A stretch of DNA of 58,044 bases, filler included, from Gonapodya sp. JEL0774 (lineage: Eukaryota): assembly GCA_027604505.1 (NCBI GenBank). It is 6 parts of 6 records of this genome, joined end to end, with 100 filler letters (N's around TTAATTAATTAA, not from the genome) between each part and the next. Parts side by side here need not be neighbours in the genome. Positions count along the whole stretch, not along the records: positions 48,568 to 58,044 come from JADIIX010000411.1; 5 more parts are not named here. One strand, 5' to 3'. The notes beneath the pieces were generated by a model, which was not told the origin of the DNA, did not search any database, and saw nothing but the letters and a program-made list of their open reading frames with translations. Positions 49,096 to 58,044 of the stretch are shown here, in pieces (positions within the stretch are counted from its first letter, which is position 1; each line of letters begins with the position of its first letter). The position numbers and the translations under genes are program-made.

Positions 49096-49617
49096 ATGGC
49101 CCAATCCTCCGCCGATGTTCCTGCTGCTCCCCAGCTCGAATATGCCTTCTCGATTGCTGCGCAGGTTGATCCACCCACGTTCATCGGTGGTCCCGGTGAT
49201 TCCAGCGCGCTCACCTTCCAGCGACAATTTATTCCGATAATTGGCGGAAAGGTGACTGGTCCGTTGTTGGAGGGCTCCGTACTACCCCATAGCGGTGACT
49301 TCTTGACGAAAGAGTGCGTCAAAGAAGCTGATGGAAGTACGTCCGTGGTCTACTCGGTTTTCGCACGGTACCTTATTCGTGCAAACGATGGAGCTGTGAT
49401 CGAGATCGAGAACAAGGGGTTTTGGGTCGGGACCAAGGAACAAGATGACTTGAGCGCAACCATCGCTCTCGATCCCAAATCATATTACTTCCGGACCCAG
49501 CCTATCTTCAGAACAACTGCCCCGGCATACCAGTGGCTGACGCGAACCATCTTTGTGGGTGCTGCGGAGGACAGAATGGATGGGTACATTCGAATAAACC
49601 TTTGGAAGGTTCTGTAG
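49096..49617 (+). CDS. DUF3237 (UPF0311) beta-barrel protein, intronless
   Basis: RQFIPIIGGKVTGPLLEGSVLP..GD, ARYLIRANDGAVIEIENKG, YYFRTQPIFRTTAPAYQWL..TIFVG. Confidence 0.88.
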   Translation: MAQSSADVPAAPQLEYAFSIAAQVDPPTFIGGPGDSSALTFQRQFIPIIGGKVTGPLLEGSVLPHSGDFLTKECVKEADGSTSVVYSVFARYLIRANDGAVIEIENKGFWVGTKEQDDLSATIALDPKSYYFRTQPIFRTTAPAYQWLTRTIFVGAAEDRMDGYIRINLWKVL

Positions 49618-49852
49618 GACTCACTGTGGTCGCTGAACGTACTAGTTTAATTTTTTGCTTGAGGGTGGAGAAGGAGACGTTTGCTGTACCGGGTTCCTGT
49701 AAGACTTATCGTTCTATTCAGTAAGGACACCGAGGTCTAGTTATCTGTCGCACTGTAGTATTTTTGCTGGGAAAGCAAGGTGACTTGGTGTGAGCTGCTA
49801 ACGACATGCATTAGATAATCTGAGTGCATTTAGAGAGTTCATGAAATTGTTT

Positions 49853-49949
49853 NNNNNNNNNNNNNNNNNNNNNNNNNNNNNNNNNNNNNNNNNNNNNNNN
49901 NNNNNNNNNNNNNNNNNNNNNNNNNNNNNNNNNNNNNNNNNNNNNNNNN
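49853..49949. other. Intra-scaffold assembly gap (97 N, no linker)
   Basis: Run of Ns lacking the TTAATTAATTAA motif. Confidence 0.95.
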
Positions 49950-50253
49950 GTTTCTGTTCGTGCATTTCGGTAGAACGCCACCGGTAACTTGTGTGACTCA
50001 GTAAATGAGATCACATGGGTTTTAGGTCCAACTGAAATTTCAGAGTTGCCAGTTCCAGTACGCTGGTCAGCACGAAATGAAAACCCTCGTGGATATGCGT
50101 AGGAAATCCTCCGCGAAAAATTTTCCTGTTCTGGCGCCTTATTGGTTTGTCGGTTAGAAGTTCCGAAAGGTTGATCATATATAAAACCCATCCACTTTAT
50201 AATTTACCGTAATTTCGCTCTGTTGTCGCGCCCAACCGAATCACATCCAAAAA

Positions 50254-52269
50254 ATGTCTGCAACACCGCCCAAGGCCATTGTCGTCGGCGCGGGCCCCGC
50301 GGGTCTGGTCGCAGCCCTCTCCCTGCTTGATGCAGGTTTGCCCGCCTCTGATGTACTGGTCCTCGAGCGCCGACCCGCCATTGCGAGCCGCTGGAACACT
50401 ATTCAAATCGCTGGTTTGAGCCTCTCCCGGTTCGCGAGCTGGACAACCCCGGACGGATCTGCTTCAGTTTATTCCAGCATGGTGGACGCAGGCGTGCTTG
50501 GCGAGACGATGCAATTGACGAGTCACATGGAGCACAGGCTAGGAAAGCCACGCTCCGAGCGCGGGGAAACGGAAGACGTTGCTAATCCATGCACGAGGGT
50601 GGTGCGCCTCTTCCTGGATATGGAGAAGACCGAGTACGACGCTAAGAAGTTCGCCAGCAAGCCCGGTCAGTCGTTTGATACTGTGCGAAGGTAGGCATGA
50701 GTTTTGTGACTCTTCTGAGGTTTGAAATCATTGCACTCACGATGTTGACGATGTGACTCTCGCCACCGATTCAACTTCTACTTACCGGGACCGTGGAATC
50801 GACTTCCATGATTCTTTGTCACTTTCCACCATGGGTCATCCTTCATGAAGATCCATGACAAAATGCTGGCGTGCTGCATACATCCGAGATATCGAAGAGC
50901 ACCTCATGATCATCGCAGTCGCCAAAGGCATTCAAGTGGCCTTTCACTGCGACACGCAATTGGTTTGGCAATCTCAAACGTCTACGTACAACGTTCGTGT
51001 CACACGCAAAGAGGCCAAGGAACCCCAAGAAATTGCACTTCTACCCCTGAACGAGCAAGTCGAGCTCAAGCCTACCCTTGTGATCGTAGCAGAGGGAGGA
51101 GCTCGAAACATGCTCAAATCTCAAGGAGTTCTTGCTCGACATGGTATCGAGGTCAAGGTTAAAAGTCAGCCCAAAGTGAGTGTCCGAACTTCCGTTTGCA
51201 TCGGATATACGTACAATATCAGGCGCTTACTACTTGATCACCTTCAAGTACTTTGCTGCTGCCCTCATCAAGCATCCCAGACCTACGAAACTTATCCCAA
51301 CCGGACAGGTCGTTGGCGGCACCTTTTACTTTGACAGTCCTGACCAGCACCAGCGGTCCACGGCCGTCGTTTCGGGGAATGTGATCCAGAGGTCTCCTAA
51401 GTACACTGCTATGGAAGAGCGGGGCGAAGAATTGCCGCCCGACACCTGGTACCTTCGAGTGCCGAACGATGATTTGAGTATGGAAAGGTTGGCGAATAAC
51501 ATTAATGGACAGGTAATTGCGCAACTTTGATCGTGTCCTTTACCTCAGTACGTATCTGAACTTCATGAATTTAGGACTTTGGTATCGTTGAGTCCAAAAC
51601 ATCTCCTGCCATGCGGCAGTGGGTCGAATCCCACCTCACCCGTATCATGCACGAGTTCTGTCCGGCGGAGGAAGTCAAGCAGGCCGAGTTCACCAAGATT
51701 ACTGCACCATTTACACAGGCAGACACGAAGCTCGACAAGGTCGTGATGGGGCGAAACTTGGTGGTATTTGGGGACGCTGCGAGGACGGGGCACTTCGTGT
51801 CAGGGATGGGATTGAATACAATCGTTGCAATCGACTGTGAGTATTCCTCCATCATGAACATTAGTGCGTTGATGAGGTTCTGACGAGAACATTTTTGCTG
51901 TCAGCGTATACGGTCACGGAACTCTGGAAATCCCTCTCGTCGGGTGTTTCCACTGAGAAAGCTCTCGCCAAGTACAACACTACGATGATTCGCTCAGCCG
52001 ATGCATGGCATAAGGGTGGGCGCCTCCTGCACAACGAGAACTGGCCAGCATGGGTCCCCGACACAGGCCTGTCTGTCAAAGAAGGATATGCACCTCCAAG
52101 AACAGACCTCAAGTTCAAATCGATCGAGGCCATGGAGCGATATGTGATTGCCAATTTCTTGCTCAGATACACGGTCCCGGTTCCCGTTGCTCGACGCGGT
52201 CTCAGGAGTGTTGCAGAGTGGGTCTTCGGAGGGGTCGAGAGATCAGATATACCTGGCGGTAAGCTGTGA
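50254..52269 (+). CDS. FAD-dependent oxidoreductase/monooxygenase, multi-exon
   Basis: Rossmann motif IVVGAGPAGLVAA..VLVLERR, DG-like motif VIVAEG, GD motif VVFGDAARTGHFVSGMGLN. Confidence 0.85.
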
Positions 52270-54215
52270 GGGTGGGGAGAGATGGATTCGGTACTCCACA
52301 CAGTTTTATGAGTGTGGGAACATAGAGAACCGACTGTGGTGGGGGTAAACTATGAAGTGCAACTGTTGACTTGGCGGTTCTCCGGGATACCGTAACCTTG
52401 CAAAATTTAGATAGAGCAGATCAATTCTTGTTATGTACTACAATACTTCCGTACTTTTTTGCATCCTGCCGTATGGTTACCTGTGGTGACGTCCCTCATG
52501 CCGCCACAAGCAGATTGTATGTGGATCCTTTTCCCGACAACCAAAACACCACCAAAACCCACCGCGCAAAATGTCGATACTATGCCCGACAGCTCCACTC
52601 GATCTTCTTCCAAGTTGCCCCACCCCGCTTCATGTTCTATTCGATTCTCTGTCGGGATCGCATAGGAAGCTTGTTCCGCCCGCCCGCCATTTTGTTTCCT
52701 TTGACGTCTACAAAAACAAAGCGCCGCTCTGCATCGTGGTTGCGGTGAAGGACTGTGGTGTTTTCTATGGCGGTGACGAGGGAGCGGGAAATGGCGGGAT
52801 GAGTCGCATGGTGGTGGATTTACCACATTTTGAAGATGATCAACAAACGAGAGATTTTGAAGCCAAAGGTCCACTGGAGCTTGCAGACCTTTCCCGTATG
52901 TCTCTTGAAACCGTTCGACTCGATAGCTATCCTGTGGATAAGCACATCGAGCGGAATACAACAGGACGTTCTCAAAGTCGTAAATCTCGAAATTCCACAG
53001 TGGACACTGAAGAATCATCTCTTCTGACACTTGGCGAGGCCACGGACGGACGACAGGGTGCGTGGATACGGGGCTCGATGGAGGAGTCCCTCAAGGAGGC
53101 TTCGGGTGGTGGAATAGATGGGGAGAATGTTGTCGGGAGCAAAGATGAGGATCTGTTAAGGAGCGAGTCAACCCTGGCGTTCAGGAAGGGACAACGAATG
53201 GCCGTGGTTGAGACAGTTGGTGGTTGGTACATAGGTGAGAATTCGAAGGCAAGCTTGACCGGGAATGAGCGTCGCATGTGACCAAACCCGTCTGAAAACC
53301 GAACCTCAGGCTGGCTCCTTGCCAACTCCACCTCCTCGACCTCTCCCGACTCTTCCGACCACCCTTCCGACACTCCAGATTTCGATCTATCGCGCCTCCG
53401 CTTTTCTCTCTCACATGACCATGTTGACCATGTCGACCATGACAGTTGGGAGCAAGATCACGGCGACGTGATCTCCCACCGACGAGTAGGATTGATACCG
53501 TCGGATAGAGTCGTAGTCTGCAAGGACTGGTTGAGGAGGCGATTTGTCGGCTCACAATATTAAACTGCCTTAAGTCACGAAAGTTAAACCAGCACGATGC
53601 TCTATACAACAGCAAATGCTTGGGAATTGAAAAGCGCTTTTGACTAGATGCGCGACCAGGACTTGAGCAGCAACTTACGTACCCTACTTTTATTGCGATG
53701 TATGCAAGTGCATGCTTACAGGTGCTTTGTTGAAGAGTGGTACAGAGCCTTACGCAGGAGAGCGGAGATATCCGCTAGTAAAAATATACAATATGCATTA
53801 ATATTAAACCGTTTTTCTGGGGTTGCGTTGACCCCTCCACTCGCTCCCACCTCTGCAATGCAACGCATTGTGCATGACCAAACCCGTCTATTGTGCTATG
53901 TGAATTGGTATTCTTTGCGAGTCACAGCTACTTAACCCTCCTCCGTGTGAAGCATCTTCAAGTAGGAATCGTGTACTAATCATAAACCGGATGAAAATCA
54001 TCACCCAAGTCCTAGGGCGCGGTAATTCGCAATCGCATGGCACTACTAGTACTGTATCTCCATATTACGTGATTTGGAAAATGTAAGTAAGTATGAGCAA
54101 AATTTGTGCTCTCGCACCACTGGTTGTTTCATCTAAATAAGTCATAGATACACGAATATGAGAACACAGACTAATGGGGATGCATCATGGGTACTGAGAA
54201 ATCAATATAGAGGTT

Positions 54216-56753
54216 CTAGGTGAATGCGGTGGAAGACTTCACCCCTCGCCCTCTCAACTCGGGCAAAGTCTCCCTATTTCTTGAATGAATGAACTCTGGA
54301 TGGAAAGGGCAACAGGATACATGTCAGTGAGCTTGATAATTCGGAACGGTGTCACAATTGCTGCCCCTACTTTGGAAGGTATTGTTGTATAATAATCTGA
54401 AACAATATGGTGAGCATATTGACCACGACCCCAGTACGGCAAGCATGCACACTCACTCGAGTGACTCATCCCTACAAGAATCAAAAACATCGATCTCAAA
54501 CGGCTGTCCCGAGTAGATTTGGGATCGAGCATTCTCGGCGACCAAGAAGGAAATGTTGAGCTGGTCGACTGCCCCGCTGCTGATATAGGTGTCGAAAATC
54601 TCTTTCCAACGGTCAACCATCTCCGAAGGAACAAAATTTTTATTCGAATGGTGAAGGTACTGCCTCCACACAGGGGCCCATCGTCTGGCAGGGTGCTTGC
54701 GGCTGGGATCACTCATCATCGAGTCATCGGCAACCCGTTGCTCCCCTGATCGATTGTATAAGGAAACGGAGACGAGATAGAAAGACGAGCTCTTAGTCAC
54801 TACTCACGAGCGACAGACTTCCCACGGTTAATAATTAGTTTAGCAGATTCCTTTTGCAGTGAATCGAGCTCTTCAATGAAAAGCTGGACGCCCAAACAAA
54901 AGTTATTGAAAGAAAAGGAATTATTGTCCAATTGATTTAGCCTGACACATACTACGTTCTCCACTTACACCCATTGAAAGAGTTATAATGTTGGAATGAG
55001 TGCATAATCTAACACTCCTTCATCAGTGGGTTCGGAACCTACCAGTGAAATCTCTTGCTGCAAAATTCCTTAGCTCCATCCAGAGCTGCGCCGAATCACC
55101 GGTTTTGCCAGCAAGAATCTTCTCGAAAATGTCCTTGTCGACTTTGTCCCCAAAACCGTTATGATTAGCTGACCAGTGCCGCCTCAAAGCTGATATAAAC
55201 CCAACATAGGGAACACCCGGTGTGGAGAGGAGGACTCTGGTGAGCACGATGGTCAAGCCGGTAGGTTCATTTTACCCACTCTGCAAGGAAGCGATCACTG
55301 GGAGCACTACTCCGGTTGTATGGACTGTCCCCATTGCGACGGTAACGAAGAAGTTTGAATTGATGTACAGCAGAGAAGTGGGCCATCTGCGATTAACTTG
55401 AAAGACGTTCCACAGAAGGTAAGCACCGAACATAGGCAGTCCCAACCCAAACTGTGGCAAAAAGGCAACAGGACAGGAAGGATATTGATTACCATACAAT
55501 ATCCAGACCGAAGATCAAATTACACTTCAAAGCATTACCGCGGCAAAAAGATCTTCCCGTATTTGATGAGTGTCTGTTTGGAAAAGGACCTTGGCGTGGG
55601 GTTATGCAACATTTTACCTTCTAGTAATTCACGAACCGTCATTGTTCCACAACAGAAAGATTGCGTAGGGGCTCAACGCAAACAATAAGCCAATAATAAA
55701 GTATAAAATTGGAGTATTGGCAATAGACCGAGGTCTACATGATGAGGAGGCAGGCTGTGTCCCGTAAAACAGAGCGAGGGCGAGAATCATGACCAGCAGG
55801 GTGCAGAGAAGAACAATAGAGAGCATGCTCCGTTCGGTCAAGAAATGCTGCGAATGCAGAAATTGTGTAGAACAGAGTCGATCTCTTGAGAACCGCAATT
55901 ACTCTGGATCTCACTCTGCGATTGACGAAGAACCTCAGCATTCGACTGCTTCTTGCTTTTCGTCTCTTCACGATAACCTCCAGGTTAGTAGTATGTAGAG
56001 TTTTTCCAATGCTCGAATTTTCGGTCACAGAGGCATTTTGACTTTTCGCCGTTGATGCAAGCGATGGTGGATCTAACGTGAGGTTGGTACCGGATCTCGT
56101 CAGTCCGCATTCCAACAGTTCATTGCCGACTGTCAGCTTCAAATAAAGAAAAAAAGCTCGAGCGAGGAGACTAAAAACAATGAGTGCGATTCCTTGGTAA
56201 AGGTGAGTGATTCAGAAGATGGAACAGCATCAGGGCGTCGAGTTCCGCGAACTAGAACAAACAAACCATACCAAGGTGCATGGGAACAAGCATCAAAATG
56301 GTGTAACAATTGCTTTCGATCTGTAGGGCAAAGCACGCGGTGCTTTCATTGTCACGGTACTGATTGCTGCGAATAATGTTGACCAGAAGTTACCAGCTCG
56401 GCACAATATGACGACCAAATCGTCAAGGCTACGCCAACTTCCTGCATGAGTATGGTCCAAAAGAACCGGTTTCGTATGATATCTGTTGAGCATGATCAAC
56501 CAGCCGCCTTGTGAAGGAAGTACTGTCACGTTGAGCTCACAGGTATGCCGTAAAGCGACAAAAGCACACAGAAATACTGTAAAAAGATGTGAAGAGCATA
56601 CCGAGGGATGCCGTATCAGGGAAGAACTCGCTCACCGACGTAGTACACAACGAATGTTCCCAAAGAGAGGAGGCAGAGAGGACCACATCGATAGACTTGC
56701 AAAAATGTTGCACCGGTGGGGATGGCCGCCGTTAGGGGATCGGAATCAGACAT
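54216..56753 (-). CDS. Multi-pass (7TM-like) membrane protein with C-terminal RGS domain, multi-exon
   Basis: Hydrophobic exons (MLSIVLLCTLLVMILALALFYG; LYFIIGLLFALSPYAIFLLW; DTHQIREDLFAA|FGLGLPMFGAYLLW; GVVLPVI). RGS motifs follow: FEKIL..LRNFAARDF, FIEEL, EIFDTYISSGAVDQLNIS, VFDSCR, LLYNNTFQKF. Confidence 0.75.
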
Positions 56754-58044
56754 AATCGGTGTAAGGCGTTTGAACTGAATGGTACTTGGCTCAATTACAG
56801 ATCAGAGCGAGCGATCGGCGAAGCATCAGGCAGACAGAAAGAGATTCCTGGCACCTAGCCTCTGGGAAATGCAATGCTGAGAAATAGAGTTCACACGAAA
56901 ACGTGCAGCATTTCAATTCAGTCCCGTATTTTGCTACGCGATATTCTCACATTACTCGGTTCCTCGCGCTCAACTGAGCATCCACACAGACAGACAGCCC
57001 ACAAAATTGCATGCCCTCCTCGATTCTCTCAAGATCCTACGCTGTGTTGGTGAAAGGGCTCCCCAGGATATATGCGCGAGCTCGCTGTCTAGTGCTTCTT
57101 TTCCAGTATCTCAGAGTCCAACGCCGCAGCCTCAGAGTTCCAGGCTTGCCTCCTCGATTCTCGAAGCAACAGATGTTTGATTTTGGTAGCAAGAAAGTCC
57201 TCTAACGTCTCGGGTGTCCATTTGGCAAAGGGAGAGCTGCCGTGAGATCTTTGAGGTGATGGGGAGCCGGGAGGTGAGAACGGGAATACAATCAGTCCGC
57301 ACTTTGCGCATCTGCAGCTGCAATACTCACATACTTACCCAAAAGAAAGAATTACTCCACCTCAATCAACACAACTCGCTGGACGTGATAAACCTTGAGG
57401 GTGGGAGTATGGGTGATGGCGTCACTCGGCGAGTGAAGACCATCTTCGTGACATTGAAGTTGAGTTCTTCGGGTGCTTTTATTTGGAGGAAGACAAGTAG
57501 GTGAGGACGTGGGGTGATATCCTGGGGTACGAAGCTCCATCAACTGGTCAACTGCTCTATGTCTTTGTTCCAGTGGAGTCACGCCACTTTCTTGTTCCCG
57601 TATTAGCATCAGTTTGAATTTCATTCGCTCGCTGAGCCTCCTGGACCTCAGTACGATCGAATCTGGTGTGACGAATTACGACTCCTCGGCCCCAAGGCCT
57701 GGTCGGAGAGTGCTTAGAATCCCCTTGACCTTGGTTTTCAGTTTCAGTAATCGCGTCTTGTATGGAAGAATGACAAAGGTCGTTTACTGACGTGGGTCCC
57801 ATGGTATACTTATGGCCGCCATGGGGTAGTCTGGAAGCGAAACGTCCTCAAACCCCGGAGCAAAGGCGTGTTACGTGACAGAAAGAAAACCGGCCGGTAA
57901 CGAGAATGCCGCAACCATTGAAAATCACACTCGACGATTCCAGTCGACGAGAGTCGGTTGTTTGTCTTGCGCGAGGGAGTTCATTGATTTCCGTGGTCTG
58001 TCCAGGTTTTGCATCCGCTCATTCTATCCACAGCTATCTCTCAT

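Noticed and set aside
52571..53281. SH3-like tail TLAFRKGQRMAVVETVGGWYIGEN in a 236-aa ORF
   Set aside because: Only a partial SH3 pattern and no coherent gene model; possibly a decayed fragment.
57200..58044. Short minus-strand ORFs at the window end
   Set aside because: No recognisable motif and truncated context.

Overview
Intron-rich eukaryotic DNA, most likely fungal. TKL-kinase/SEL1 arrays, RI-type LRR exons and a 7TM-RGS gene suggest an early-diverging, possibly zoosporic lineage (inference). The window is not one locus. It is six contigs of 9776, 9620, 9599, 9589, 9483 and 9477 bp joined by artificial N44-TTAATTAATTAA-N44 linkers. Recognisable genes: PUT2, IDO, cytoplasmic TrpRS, an S9-type hydrolase, a CHZ-motif histone chaperone, Nup85-like, PPIL4, spherulin-4, VPS9-ankyrin, DUF3237, an FAD oxidoreductase, a 7TM-RGS and a tandem TKL-SEL1 duplication. 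The most striking signal is in contig 1. Manual splicing joins a hidden first exon carrying a HET-s-like amyloid (R0-type) motif to an NB-ARC/TPR exon and then, through a 55-nt phase-1 intron, to at least nine symmetric one-LRR-per-exon cassettes. This predicts an amyloid-motif NB-ARC-TPR-LRR receptor of at least 927 aa, although fungal NLRs are generally described as lacking LRRs. Head-to-head with it, 324 bp away, lies the truncated N-terminus of a HET-S/HeLo cell-death effector. All gene models were spliced by eye and need transcript confirmation.
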